DNA of 64,000 bases, from NCBI GenBank assembly GCA_963717505.1, contig OY970342.1, positions 2,496,001 through 2,560,000 on the forward strand, read 5' to 3'. Origin of the DNA: Candidatus Eiseniibacteriota bacterium (lineage in GTDB: Bacteria > Eisenbacteria > RBG-16-71-46). Every line of letters starts with the position of its first letter. The first letter of the stretch is position 1. Below the pieces are notes generated by a model that was not told the DNA's origin, searched no databases, and was given only the letters and a program-made list of their open reading frames with translations. A program made the position numbers and the translations under genes. Positions 29,489-40,866 of this stretch are shown piece by piece.

Positions 29489-31324
29489 CTAGCGACGCTG
29501 GCTGCGCTTCGGCAAGGGAATGACCCTAGCCTCGGACACGAGGCCCCGTGACAGCAGTGTGGCGGCGGAGATGTTGGCGCGATCGGACGAACGGTAGACG
29601 CCGAGCACGACGCGATACGAACCGTCGCCTTCAGAGTCTTCGATCACCCAGCCTTTGAGATCGGTTTCGGCCACGAGCCGGTCGCGCTCGACCTCGGCCC
29701 GGTAGCTGCTGATGTAGGAACCCACGTCGAGGGCGTAGCGCTGCGCGTCCGCCGGGCGAGCGGCCGGTGCCGGCTTCGCGGGATCGCTCGTGCGCTTGGC
29801 GGAAGACGACGCGCCGGCGAGCACCTGGGAGACTTCCAGCGGCTGCGGTGGCGCGGATCGTCGCGGCACCAGGACCAGCACGAATGCGCCGGTGGCGATG
29901 AAGACGCCGACCGCGGCCGGCATCAGCCACGCACGCGGCACGCGCGGCAGGCGCAGAATCGGCAGCCTGAGGGGCATCCGCGGCGCGGGGAAACGTCGCC
30001 GGCGCAGCAACGGTCCACCGCGGCGACGCGGCGCCGGGACCGGTACGGTCGCCTGAGTTCGCTCCGACGAATCGGCTTCGGTCTGTCGGAGGTCACCCTC
30101 GGAGGCCCGGGTCCGTAGCTCGACGCTGAGCAGCGAACCGAATCGGGGCTCGTCCGGCCCGATGAAGCGCTCCACCCACTCGCGACGTCGCTCTTCGGTG
30201 GGTCGCGTGTCCACGACGCGACGCTCGACCGCTGGCGGCGGCGAGGGCATCGAGGTCGGCGCTGCCTTCGCCGCGGGCGCAGGTGTCGGCATCGGCGCCG
30301 ACTTCGCCGCGGGCGCAAGTGTCGGGGTCGACGCCGCCTTGGATTCCGAGGCGGCCGGTGGCTTCTGGAGTGGCGCGGGAGTTGGCGCCGGCACCGGGCG
30401 CGTTGCGGCCACCGACTGGGTGGTCTCGACCCGCGAGGGAGCGGAAACGGCCACGGGCTTCGATGCGATCGTGGGTGTCGTGGCCTGCGCGGCCGGCACC
30501 GGGGCGTCGTCACGAGAATCGTCTTCGGTCCCACTCGCCGCGGCGCCCAGACCGAGAGCCTTGGCGGCGGCCTGCACGTGCTCCGTGGTCACCGAGGATG
30601 CTCCCGACTCACGCGCGCGGCGGAACGCCTCCTCGGCGAGCGCCTGAATCTTGAGTGGCACGCCACCAGAACGGCGGAAGATTTCGCCGCACGCCTTGCG
30701 CGCGAAGGGCCCCGAGGACTCTCCCGGCGCCACCCCGGCAATCTCGTGCAGGTAGCGTCGGGTTTCCTGAATGGTCAGCGGACCCACGTGGCATTGCGCG
30801 CCGATCCGTTGGCGCAGCGAAGCGTGGATCGGGTCGGCGAGTCGGACTTCGAGGTGCGGGAGTCCCGAGAGCACGATGGTCAGCGACAGATCGGCCTGCG
30901 CCGTGGCGTTGGTCAGGAGCCGCAATTCGCCGAGCAGTTCGTCGTCGAGGTCGTGGGCATCGTCGACCACGATCACCGGAATCTGGCCGTTCTCGACCAC
31001 CTCGGCCAGGCGCTGCTCCAGGCAGGCGAGGAGCTGCGGCTTGGTGGCTTCGGTGGGCGGGGTCACGCCGAAGCGCCGAATGATCTCCTCGAGCAGCTCG
31101 GTGCGGGTCAGGGCCGGATTGGTGACGAACGCCACCGCGGCACGCGCTGCCCATCGTGCAACCGCGTCGCGCACCAGCTTGGTCTTGCCCATCCCGGCCT
31201 CACCGGTGACCAGCAGGAATGGTTCGCGAGCGCCCAGGTGATGACACAGATGGTCGAGCTGCTCGCCGCGCGGCGAAGACTCGGAGGTTTGCCCGCTGGC
31301 GGGCGATGGGAGATTGCTGCTCAC
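29489..31324 (-). CDS. ExeA/MshM-like AAA ATPase with TM helix and C-terminal SPOR domain
   Basis: Walker A GEAGMGKT, Walker B VVDDAH, SLRQRI, SGGVP; Pro/Ala linker; TM; SPOR-like YALDVGSY...YRVVLGVY. Confidence 0.82.
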   Translation of the reverse strand: MSSNLPSPASGQTSESSPRGEQLDHLCHHLGAREPFLLVTGEAGMGKTKLVRDAVARWAARAAVAFVTNPALTRTELLEEIIRRFGVTPPTEATKPQLLACLEQRLAEVVENGQIPVIVVDDAHDLDDELLGELRLLTNATAQADLSLTIVLSGLPHLEVRLADPIHASLRQRIGAQCHVGPLTIQETRRYLHEIAGVAPGESSGPFARKACGEIFRRSGGVPLKIQALAEEAFRRARESGASSVTTEHVQAAAKALGLGAAASGTEDDSRDDAPVPAAQATTPTIASKPVAVSAPSRVETTQSVAATRPVPAPTPAPLQKPPAASESKAASTPTLAPAAKSAPMPTPAPAAKAAPTSMPSPPPAVERRVVDTRPTEERRREWVERFIGPDEPRFGSLLSVELRTRASEGDLRQTEADSSERTQATVPVPAPRRRGGPLLRRRRFPAPRMPLRLPILRLPRVPRAWLMPAAVGVFIATGAFVLVLVPRRSAPPQPLEVSQVLAGASSSAKRTSDPAKPAPAARPADAQRYALDVGSYISSYRAEVERDRLVAETDLKGWVIEDSEGDGSYRVVLGVYRSSDRANISAATLLSRGLVSEARVIPLPKRSQRR

Positions 31325-31334
31325 GTGGCGGCTC

Positions 31335-33701
31335 CTAGAAGTACTCGACCCGGAATCGGGCGCGGCCCTCGGCTTCGAGGAAGAACCGATCCTTGAGACC
31401 CGATTCGACCCAAACGGTGTCCAGGCCGTCGCGGCCCTCCTCGACCAGCACCACCATCAGATCGCCGCGTTCGAGCGCCTTGCGCCGCGCCGCCTCGGGG
31501 CCGAGCACGAACAGCGCCGTGCTCCACACGTCGGCGGTCATCGCGGAGGGGGCCAGGACCGTCACCGAGATCAGGCCTTCCGCCGGCCGACCGCTGCGTG
31601 GATCCATGATGTGGCCGTAGGTCTTGCCGTCGGCCGCGACGAACTGTTCGTACTTGCCCGAGGTCGAGATCCCTTCTCCGGCGGGTACGTGCAGTCGCGC
31701 GAAGTAGGGCATGCGGTCCCGCGGATCGCGGATTCCGATCCGCCAGTGATCGGCATTGGCCGGCGAGCCCAGGGCGCGCATGTTGCCCGAGATGTCGACC
31801 AGCCCATCGGTCACGCCGCGGGCGCGCAGGGAGTCCGCGGCGACGTCGACCGCGTAGCCCTTCGCGATGCCGCCGAGATCGATCTGAACCCCGGGTTGGG
31901 CGAAGTGCAGCGTGTGGGCGCCGGAGTCGAACACCAGCTTGCGTGCGCCGACCCGGCGGAACGCCGCCTCGGCTTCCTGCGGCGACGGCACGCGCGGACG
32001 GCCGCCCAGGAACCCCCAGGCACGGACCAGCGGCTCGACCGTGATGTCGAAAGCGCCATCGCTTTCCTGCCAGGCCTTGAGCGCCGTCTCGACCACGCGC
32101 GCCACCTCGGGCTCGACCGCGACGGTCGCCGAGCCGGCCTCGCGGTTGAGCCGTGCGACCTCGCTGGTCGTGGTCCAGTTGCTCATCAGCGAGTCGACGC
32201 GCCAGAACGCCGACTCCGCCGCATGGACCGACGACGACGAGCCGGCCGAGTCGGCGGTGACCACCAGGATGACGCCCATGGTTCCCATCGACCGGAAGGG
32301 ATGGGTGATCGAGCGGCGTGCCGGTACTGTGGCGGAATCGCGCACGGGAGCGAATGCCACCGCGGATCCGGAGGCCGGCGCAGCATCCGTCGCGTAGGAC
32401 CGGGAGCTCGATCGCGCCAGCGCCGGCGGTGCGGCTCGTTGCCGTCGCTTCGCCAGCCCTTCCGCGATCCGGTTACCGAACGTCGCGATCGCCAGGAACT
32501 CCTGCCGCTCCGCCACCCAGGCGCGCATCAGGGCATTGGCTCCGGCACTTTCCTCGCGCAGTCGATCGCGCCACGCGATCGGGCAGCCGACGCCGGTCGA
32601 CGGAATCTCGTCGGCGATGAAGCCCTCGAGGTCCCCCTGGCGCACCAGCATGCGGGGACCGACCCACACCCGCTCCGCCTTGGGCTGGGGCGGCGCCACG
32701 CCGTACCACGACAGAGCGCCGAGATACTGGACACGCTCTTCCCCCGGCGGTGGTGTGGCGTCGTTGGCCCAGTGTCCTCGCCGATCGATCAGGCTGGCCC
32801 AGCGTTCCACCGCGCTGAAGTCGGCGCTGCTCAAGTGGACGCTGTCTCGTGCTGCGCGCTCCACCGCGTGAACGAAGCCCCTCATGGTCTCGGCTTCGAC
32901 CACGCGCCCGAGCTTCGACAGGCGGTCGGCTTCGCGAGGGATGAATGCGTCGCTGTCGTTCAACGCGAGACGGAAGAAGTTCGCATACAGGCGATGCGTG
33001 CCCTGGACCGCGGCGAATCGGTCGGGGGCGTTCTCGTCCCCCATCACCGCGGGTTCGAGCAGCACGCGCCGCCAGGCCTCGCGCGCAATGGTGCGGCCGA
33101 TCTGCGGGGTCTCGAGCACGCGTTGCTGTACGGAACGGCTGCACAGCGAGCTGCCCCAGGTGCCGATGCGATAGCCGACCGAGTAGCCGGAGAGAATTCC
33201 GAGCACGCCGCTCGCGGTCGCGAACGGTTTCACGTAGTCGAGCGTCGAACGGTACAGCTCGTCGAATTGCTCGGGCAGCAGGGACCGCCCGCTGCCGTTG
33301 GGCACTTCGAGCCAGAACCCCTGGTCGACGTGGCCGCGCACCTTGAGCGGACCGTACCGGGTGCCGGTGATCGATCGGCTGTAGACGCGGGAGCGTTCGG
33401 GCGGCAGGAAGCGCCGATCGTCGACGTCGTAACGACCGAACGTCTTGTTGCACGCGCACAGCTCGACGATGAAGCGAGAACTGGTGTCGGACGGCGTTTC
33501 GCGAAAGGAGACCACTTGCATCTGGTCGAACAGCTCGGCCCACGGCAGGGCCTTGGAATCGGGACGGGTCTGAGCGCCGACCCAGATCCCCAGCGCGCAC
33601 AGTCCGAGGAAGACGGTCAGGAGCTGGCTCTTGAGCAGGAATCGAGCAATGCGATGAGCCAGCGGAAGCCAGGTGGGCGAGCGCAACCGGCGCCGTTTCA
33701 C
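31335..33701 (-). CDS. apbE: ApbE FAD:protein FMN transferase fused to an N-terminal domain of about 440 aa of unknown function
   Basis: C-terminal SMGT, SEVARLN, GAFDITVEPL..AWGF, DLGGIAKGYAVD, STSGKYE, HIMDPRSG, ADVWSTAL; N-terminal TM anchor. Confidence 0.88.
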   Translation of the reverse strand: MKRRRLRSPTWLPLAHRIARFLLKSQLLTVFLGLCALGIWVGAQTRPDSKALPWAELFDQMQVVSFRETPSDTSSRFIVELCACNKTFGRYDVDDRRFLPPERSRVYSRSITGTRYGPLKVRGHVDQGFWLEVPNGSGRSLLPEQFDELYRSTLDYVKPFATASGVLGILSGYSVGYRIGTWGSSLCSRSVQQRVLETPQIGRTIAREAWRRVLLEPAVMGDENAPDRFAAVQGTHRLYANFFRLALNDSDAFIPREADRLSKLGRVVEAETMRGFVHAVERAARDSVHLSSADFSAVERWASLIDRRGHWANDATPPPGEERVQYLGALSWYGVAPPQPKAERVWVGPRMLVRQGDLEGFIADEIPSTGVGCPIAWRDRLREESAGANALMRAWVAERQEFLAIATFGNRIAEGLAKRRQRAAPPALARSSSRSYATDAAPASGSAVAFAPVRDSATVPARRSITHPFRSMGTMGVILVVTADSAGSSSSVHAAESAFWRVDSLMSNWTTTSEVARLNREAGSATVAVEPEVARVVETALKAWQESDGAFDITVEPLVRAWGFLGGRPRVPSPQEAEAAFRRVGARKLVFDSGAHTLHFAQPGVQIDLGGIAKGYAVDVAADSLRARGVTDGLVDISGNMRALGSPANADHWRIGIRDPRDRMPYFARLHVPAGEGISTSGKYEQFVAADGKTYGHIMDPRSGRPAEGLISVTVLAPSAMTADVWSTALFVLGPEAARRKALERGDLMVVLVEEGRDGLDTVWVESGLKDRFFLEAEGRARFRVEYF

Positions 33702-33767
33702 GCGTGAAGACCTCAGGGGAACTGGGACGATCGTCGTGAGAGGGCCCCGGTCGCGGGACCCATACGG

Positions 33768-33796
33768 TTATCGGCCTCCGGGGGTAGGGGGCTGAA
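33768..33796 (-). promoter_or_regulatory. Sigma-28 (FliA/WhiG)-like promoter upstream of the apbE fusion
   Basis: Minus strand TTCAG-N16-GCCGATAA; the spacer contains homopolymer runs. Confidence 0.45.
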
Positions 33797-33827
33797 CCGG
33801 CGCGGTTGCGGTACTGTCTCCCCCTCG

Positions 33828-35270
33828 ATGAGGCTCAAAACCCCTTATCCCGCATGGATTCTCGCCGCATGGGCCTGGGGCGGATTCGGGACCGTGGCAC
33901 CGGCTTGCGCCGCCACCCGGCCGGCGCCTGCGGCGGCCAGCGCCGCCACCGATTTGGACCGCCTGAGCGGGGATCTCCAGTCGCTCGCGCGCCGTGTCAG
34001 TCCGGCGGTGGTCCAGGTGTTCGCGAGTTCCCTGGTGCCCGCCTCCGCGGCAGGCGAGGGCGCCGGCGGACTGCTATCGCGCCAGCGCGGTCTCGGCTCC
34101 GGGGTGATCGTCGATCCCGGCGGCTACATCGTGACCAATGCTCACGTCGTGATCGGGGCGCGCCGAATTCAAGTTCAGCTCGCTGAATCGCGCGCCGGAT
34201 CTCCGGGCCGATCGATCCTCAAGCAAGCGGGCCCGCGTCTCGAAGCCAAGGTCGTCGGCATGGACCGCGAGACCGACATCGCGGTGCTCAAGATCGAGAG
34301 CGCCAACCTGCCGTCACTGGTGTTCGCCGACTCGGATCAGCTGCGCCAGGGCCAGCTGGCGCTGGCGTTCGGCAGTCCTCTGGGGCTCGAAAGCTCGGTC
34401 AGCATGGGGATCGTCAGCGCGACCGTTCGCCAGATCGAGCCCGAGTCGCCGATGATCTACCTGCAGACCGATGCCGCGATCAATCCGGGTAACAGCGGCG
34501 GCCCGCTGGTCGACACGCGCGGCGCGGTCATTGGCATCAACACGTTCATCCTGAATCCGCCGGCCGGGAGTGCCGTGGGATTCGCAGCACCCAGCAACAT
34601 CGTGAACGCGGTCTACCGGCAGATTCGTGAACATGGCCGAGTGCGTCGCGGCGAGATCGGAGTGCGCGCCCAGACCATCACGCCCGAAGTCGCCCGCGGA
34701 CTCGGACTCGGGCAGGACTGGGGCGTGGTCCTGGCCGACGTGCTCCCGGGCGGACCCGCAGCTCAGGCCGGGCTCAAGCCCGGCGACGTGGTCGCGACCC
34801 TCGACGGCAAGGTCATGGAGAACGGTCGCCAGCTCGAGGTCAATCTCTATCGTCGCACGGCCGACGATGAAGTCACGCTCGAGATCGTTCGCGACGGCGA
34901 CAAGAGCGCGGTGCGCGTGCGCCTCGCCGAGCGGCCCGGCGACCTGGATCGGCTCGCCGCCTTCGCGCGGCCCGAGGATCACCTGGTCGAGCCGCTCCAG
35001 ATCCTCGCGATTCCGGTGGATGCGCAAGTCGCGCGCATGGTGCCGATGCGCGAGCCGTGGGGGGTGCTGGTGGTGCTCAGCACGGGCGATGCGCCGCCGG
35101 GCGGGGCGCCATTGGCCCCGGGCGACGTGATCCGGGCGATCGGCCGATCGACCGTGCGCAGCCTCGAAGATCTGCGCAACGGATTGGTGGGGCAATCGAC
35201 CGGTTCATGGGTCGTGCTGCACGTCGAGCGGCGCGGGCGGATGGTCTTCGTGCCGTGCGAGATTCCCTAG
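33828..35270 (+). CDS. HtrA/DegP-like serine protease with two PDZ domains
   Basis: GSGVIV, TNAHV, DIAVLK, QTDAAINPGNSGGPL; two PDZ-like segments. Confidence 0.93.
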   Translation: MRLKTPYPAWILAAWAWGGFGTVAPACAATRPAPAAASAATDLDRLSGDLQSLARRVSPAVVQVFASSLVPASAAGEGAGGLLSRQRGLGSGVIVDPGGYIVTNAHVVIGARRIQVQLAESRAGSPGRSILKQAGPRLEAKVVGMDRETDIAVLKIESANLPSLVFADSDQLRQGQLALAFGSPLGLESSVSMGIVSATVRQIEPESPMIYLQTDAAINPGNSGGPLVDTRGAVIGINTFILNPPAGSAVGFAAPSNIVNAVYRQIREHGRVRRGEIGVRAQTITPEVARGLGLGQDWGVVLADVLPGGPAAQAGLKPGDVVATLDGKVMENGRQLEVNLYRRTADDEVTLEIVRDGDKSAVRVRLAERPGDLDRLAAFARPEDHLVEPLQILAIPVDAQVARMVPMREPWGVLVVLSTGDAPPGGAPLAPGDVIRAIGRSTVRSLEDLRNGLVGQSTGSWVVLHVERRGRMVFVPCEIP

Positions 35271-35287
35271 GCCGGGAGCTCGCCCGC

Positions 35288-36928
35288 ATGTCCACGGAGC
35301 CTCGCACCCCGAGTTCCGGGCCGACGCTGTTCCTGCCCCGGGGCCGAACTCCGCGGGTCACGGATTCGAAGGCGCTGCGCAGCCTGCCGCCCGACCTTCG
35401 GCTCCAGATCGCGCGGCGGCTGCGCCTGACCGCGATTCTGTACTCGCTCACATTCTTTTGCGCCGACTTCGTCGCCTCGGCCCTGGTGGGTGAGTTGGGG
35501 CTCAGGTTTCAGAACCCCCGCGACTGGGTGCCGAGCACGGCCTCGATCACGTGCGGCCTGCTGGTCGCGGCACTGGTTCCCCGACTCAAGTGGCAGGCCC
35601 AGATCAATATCGGGCTGATGTTCCTGGTTGCGTCGAGCTACGGCATCGCCCTCGCGCAGTACCTCGGTCTCGAGAGGTTCGCCGACACGCCGATCGTCTT
35701 TCAAGCGGTCTCGCCATCGTGGGTCGGCGTGTGGATGATCGTGTTCGCGGTGGTGGTGCCGGCGCCACCCGGACGCGCGCTGCTCGCGATCCTCGGGGCC
35801 GCATCGGCGCCGGCGGTGGTGATCGGCCTGGGGCTGCGCAGCGCGGGCCTCCAGCACCTGATGACCCCGGGGATGTTCTTCGTCCATCATGTCTTCACGT
35901 ACATGATCTGCGCCGGGCTGGCCTACGCTGCGGCGCGCATCGTGTACCGGCTCGGGGCCGACGTCACGCGCGCACGGGACCTCGGGAGCTACCGCCTGGT
36001 CGAGCGGCTGGGCCGGGGCGGCATGGGCGAGGTGTGGCGCGCGTCGCACCAGCTGCTCGCGCGTCCGGCGGCGATCAAGTTCATTCGCCCGGAGGCGGCG
36101 GGCGCAAATCTCGAGGAAGCCAGGACCGTGCTCAAGCGCTTCGAACTCGAGGCGCGAGCCACCGCCTCGCTCAGCTCGGCGCACACGATCGATCTCTACG
36201 ACTATGGCGCCGCGGAGGACGGCACGTTCTACTACGTGATGGAGCTGCTCGACGGACTCGACTGCGAACGGCTGGTCCAGCAGTTCGGCCCACTGCCGGG
36301 TGCTCGCATCGTGTATCTGCTCCGGCAGGCGTGCGAATCGCTGGAAGAGGCGCACGACAAAGGATTGATCCACCGCGACGTCAAACCCGCGAACCTCTAT
36401 CTGTGCCGCTCCGGCAACCGCTGCGACTTCGTCAAGATCCTCGACTTCGGCCTCGTTTCGCTGCACCGCGCCGAGGCGGCCAATCCGCGACTGACCATGC
36501 CGGAACTGGCGGTTGGCACTCCGGAGTTCATGCCTCCGGAAGTCGCGCGCGGGGAGCGGATCGACGGTCGCGCCGACCTCTACGGTCTCGGGTGCGTGGC
36601 CTACTGGCTGGCCACCGGCAAGCCGGTGTTCGAGGGTGCCAGCCATTTCGACGTGATTTCGAAGCACCTGCACGGGACACCCGAGCCGCCGTCGCGCCAC
36701 GCTCCGAATCCGTTGCCCTCGGAGTTGGACGCGTTGATCCTGCAATGCCTGGAGAAACGGCCGGAAGATCGACCGGCGGGAGCCCGCGAGCTGAGCCGAA
36801 TGCTGGCGGCGATTCCCCTCGACGAGCCCTGGCGCGACGAACACGCGACCGCGTGGTGGAGCCTGCACCTCCCGGCCGACTCGAAGCGTGATTCCGGGCC
36901 CGCGCCGGAGCAACACGAATCCGCATGA
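35288..36928 (+). CDS. Ser/Thr protein kinase with N-terminal multi-TM domain
   Basis: About six TM helices, then [33 protein letters not shown]. Confidence 0.9.
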   Translation: MSTEPRTPSSGPTLFLPRGRTPRVTDSKALRSLPPDLRLQIARRLRLTAILYSLTFFCADFVASALVGELGLRFQNPRDWVPSTASITCGLLVAALVPRLKWQAQINIGLMFLVASSYGIALAQYLGLERFADTPIVFQAVSPSWVGVWMIVFAVVVPAPPGRALLAILGAASAPAVVIGLGLRSAGLQHLMTPGMFFVHHVFTYMICAGLAYAAARIVYRLGADVTRARDLGSYRLVERLGRGGMGEVWRASHQLLARPAAIKFIRPEAAGANLEEARTVLKRFELEARATASLSSAHTIDLYDYGAAEDGTFYYVMELLDGLDCERLVQQFGPLPGARIVYLLRQACESLEEAHDKGLIHRDVKPANLYLCRSGNRCDFVKILDFGLVSLHRAEAANPRLTMPELAVGTPEFMPPEVARGERIDGRADLYGLGCVAYWLATGKPVFEGASHFDVISKHLHGTPEPPSRHAPNPLPSELDALILQCLEKRPEDRPAGARELSRMLAAIPLDEPWRDEHATAWWSLHLPADSKRDSGPAPEQHESA

Positions 36929-39278
36929 CGAACACGACTTCGTCCCTCGAGCTGCGAGTCCTGCCCGACGACCCCGCCGCCCGCGACCCGGTCTGCGGCA
37001 TGACCGTGCGGCCCGACACCACGCACCGCCACACCCACGAGGGCAGGGAGTATCGATTCTGCTGCGCGGGATGCAGAACGAAGTTCATCGCCGATCCGCA
37101 GCGTTACCTCGATCCGAGCGCGGCGCCCGCGGCTCACGCGATGGAACCGGGTCACGTCGAGGCTTCCGAGTGGACCTGCCCGATGCACCCCGAAGTCGTG
37201 CGCAAGGAATTCGGCACCTGCCCGATCTGCGGCATGGCGCTCGAGCCGCGAACCGTCTCGCTCGACGAAACCGAGAATCCGGAGCTGACCGACATGCGGC
37301 GGCGGCTCGTGGTTTCGGCGTTGCTGACGGCACCGCTGCTCCTGACCATGCTCGGTGCGCTCCTGCCCGGCCAGCCGCTGCACCGATGGCTTCCGCCCTC
37401 CTGGATGGGCTGGTTCGAGATGGCGCTCGCGACCCCGGTCGTTCTCTGGGGCGGGTGGCCGTTCTTCGTGCGCGGCGGGCAGTCCATCGTGCAGCGTAGT
37501 CCCAACATGTTCACGCTGATCGCGCTCGGTGTGGGCACCGCCTATCTCTACAGCATGGCCGCGGTGATCGTGCCCGGGTTGTTCCCGGCGTCGTTTCGCG
37601 ATTCCCACGGCCGCGTAGGCACGTACTTCGAGAGCGCCGCGGTGATCGTCACCCTGGTGCTGCTCGGCCAGGTCCTCGAATTGCGCGCGCGCGGCCAGAC
37701 CGGGGCCGCGCTGCGAGCCCTGCTTCGCCTGGCGCCCAAGACGGCGCGTCGCATTGACGCCGCCGGTTCCGAGCACGACGTGCCGCTCGAGCACGTTCAG
37801 GTGGGCGATCGACTGCGCGTCCGACCCGGCGAGAAGGTTCCGGTCGACGGCGTGGTCGTCGAGGGTGCAAGCGCCGTCGACGAGTCCCTGGTCACCGGCG
37901 AGTCGATCCCGGTCACCAAGAACGCGGGCAGTGCCGTGGTGGGCGGCACGCTCAATGGCACCGGGTCCCTGATCGTGGAGGCGCGCGGGGTGGGCCGCGA
38001 CACGCTGCTCGCGCGCATCGTGCAGATGGTGGCCGAGGCGCAGCGCAGCCGGGCGCCGATCCAGCGACTGGCCGACCGAATTTCGGCATGGTTCGTACCC
38101 GCGGTGGTGCTGGTCGCGATCGCGAGCTTCGTCGCGTGGTCAGTGGGGTCCCGAACCTCGGATGGCGTTCGCGGTGGTCAATGCCGTCGCGGTGCTCATC
38201 ATTGCGTGCCCGTGTGCACTCGGGCTGGCCACGCCGATGTCGATCATGGTGGCGGCCGGCCGCGGCGCGACCATGGGAGTGTTGTTCCGGAACGCCGAAG
38301 CGATCGAGACCCTGCGCGCGGTCGATACCCTTGTAGTCGACAAGACGGGAACGTTGACCGAGGGCAAGCCGCGACTCGTCCGTGTCCTGCCGGCGCCCGG
38401 GCACCAGGAATCCGACGTGTTGCGCATCGCGGCAAGTCTCGAGCGGGGCAGCGAACATCCGCTCGCCGCCGCGATCCTCGCGGCGGCTACCGAGCGCGGG
38501 GATCGCCCACGCGCCCGCCCAGGAGTTCATCTCGAACACAGGCAAAGGGCTCCGCGGCCGGATCGACGGCCGCTCCGTAGCGCTGGGCAACGCGGCGTCC
38601 TGCTCGCCGATCTGGGGTATCGCACCACGCGCTCGAGAACGAAGCCGAAGGTCTGCGCCGGGAAGGTCAGACCGTGACGTGGGTCGCCGTCGACGGCAGG
38701 ATCGCAGGAGTGCTCGGTGTCGCCGATCCGATCAAGGCCTCGACTCCGGAAGCCATCGAGCAGCTCAGGGCTCAGGGTGTGAGATGGTGATGTCACGGGC
38801 GACAGATGGACGACCGGCCCGCGCGGTCGCCCGGCAGACCGGGATCGATCAAGTCGAAGCGAAGTGTTACCGGCGGACAAAGTCGAGCTCGTCGAAAAGA
38901 CTTCGTCCGGCCGGCCACGTCGTCGCGATGGCCGGGCGACGGCGTCGACGACGCTCCGCGCTTGCCGGGGCGAGGTCGGCATCGCCATGGGAACCGGCAC
39001 CGATGTCGCCATTCAGACCGCCGGCGTCACGCTGGTGCGAGGCGACCTCCGCGGGATCGTGCGGGCCGTGCGCTCAGCGCAGGCCACTATGGCGAACATT
39101 CGGCAGAACTCTGTTCTTGGCGTTCGTCTACAACGCGCTGGGCGTGCCGATCGCGGCCGGTGTCTTGGTGCCGCTGCTTCGGCTGGTGGCGCGCCCGGTG
39201 ATCGCCGCCGCGGCGATGAGCCTCAGCTCGGTATCGGTGATCGGAAACGCTCTGCGACTGAGGAGCGTGAAGGTGTGA
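36925..39278 (+). CDS. copA: Cu(I)/Ag(I) P1B-type ATPase with YHS and HMBD domains (multiple frameshifts after about 38150)
   Basis: [55 protein letters not shown] and MSLSS across frames. Confidence 0.88.
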
Positions 39279-39298
39279 CGCGCTCGAACCGAATTCTT

Positions 39299-39327
39299 GC
39301 GACTTTCCCGTCGGTTCGCGGCGTCTA
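39299..39327 (+). promoter_or_regulatory. Possible ECF-sigma promoter
   Basis: GCGACTT-N16-CGTCTA upstream of the serine hydrolase. Confidence 0.3.
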
Positions 39328-39411
39328 CAACGGGGGGCGCCGTCGCCGAAGCGCGGATCCCCGAGCCGGCGTCCTCGCCGGTCCCTCACCCGAACCCGGA
39401 GAACGCTCATC

Positions 39412-40801
39412 GTGCACCGCCCGTCGGCTGTGATCCACGCCGCGCTGTCGCGGATGGTTGCCGCACTCACTCTCGTCTGTGTCTTGGCGCCAGCGGTGTT
39501 CGCGCAACCCGGAAGCCCGGGACCGAGGCAACGCCGCGGAATGGCTGTCGAGGCCCTGATCGAGAGCGCTGGCCCCGAAGCGCTCCAGAAGTTCGCCGAC
39601 GAACACCTGGCGCCCGCCTATCGCGAGTCCTTTGCGCCTGGGGGTACTGGCCGCGCACCTGGAAACGATACGTACCGCGTGCGCGGGTTTTGGCGGGGTC
39701 ACCGCGGGTCCCGCGGACGGTGGTGGCACGCGGCTGACGTTCATGAAGCCGTCGGGCACGCGTTCGGTGGTGTTCCGGATCGAGGACGCGGAGCCTCATC
39801 GCATCGTCTCGCTGGTACTCGAAGCCGGCGAGGCGGCGCCGCCTGGGTTCCAGGTGGCGCCGATCCCCTGGGATCGGCTCGATCAGCGACTCGACGAGGA
39901 AGCGAAGGCTGGCTTTTCTGGAACCGTGCTGGTAGCGCGCGGCGGGAAGATCGTGCTGCATCGCGGCTACGGTTTCGCCAACCGCGAGAAGAAGCTCCCG
40001 AACACGACCGAGACCATCTTTGCGATCGGTTCGGCGCCGATTGACTTCACGCGTGCCGCGATCCTTCAGCTGGTCGAGCGCAAGAAGCTGAGCACGAGCG
40101 ATCCGATCTCCAAGTTCCTCGACGACGTTCCCGCCGACAAGCGCGGAATGACGATCGAACACCTGATGACCGGGGGCTCGGGATTGCCCGACTTCCACCA
40201 CCTGCCGAGTGACGCCGACCGCGAGTTCGTCGTGGATCGACCGGCCGACCGCGATTCGCCGGATTCTGGGCAGGAACTCGAGTTCGCCCCGGGGACCGGT
40301 GAGGCGCACTCGCACTCGGCGTGGGTGCTGCTGGCCGCGGTCATCGAGATCGTTTCCGGCAAGTCCTATGGCGAGTACCTGCGCACGCAGTTCTTCACGC
40401 CCGCAGGGACGACCCGAACCGGCAATCACGAAGACGGAGCGCGATTCCCGGACGACGCGTTCGCCATCGGCTACGACGCCCAGCCGGTCGGCAAGCTGAA
40501 CATCCCCAAGTACTGGGGCAAGACGTCGTGGCTGGTGATGGGGAGCGGCGGCATGCAGTCGACGCCGCACGACCTCTACCGCTGGTTCCAGGCGATCCGC
40601 AACGGAACGACCCTGTCGAACGGGTCGTCGGCCGTCTATCGAACGCCGACCATGATGGTTGGCGGGGACGACCGGGGCTTCCTCACCATGATCGCCTGGA
40701 AGGGCGACGACACGGTGATCTTCTGCAGCAACGCCCACTCGGGCCCGCGCGACTACACGGCGGCGGTCGGCAGGAGACTGATGGAGCTGGTCCGAGAATA
40801 G
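39412..40801 (+). CDS. Beta-lactamase-family serine hydrolase, secreted (frameshift near 39645)
   Basis: Signal peptide; FSGTVLVA, GYG.AN, F.IGS, TIEHLMT, L.FAPG, LLAAVIEIVSG; the SxxK and YxN motifs appear degenerate (SAPI, HSH). Confidence 0.75.
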
Positions 40802-40866
40802 CTGCGTGCTACAATTCGAGCGGCCAGATATCGCATCGTTACGCCACTGACTTCCACCAGGGGGCC

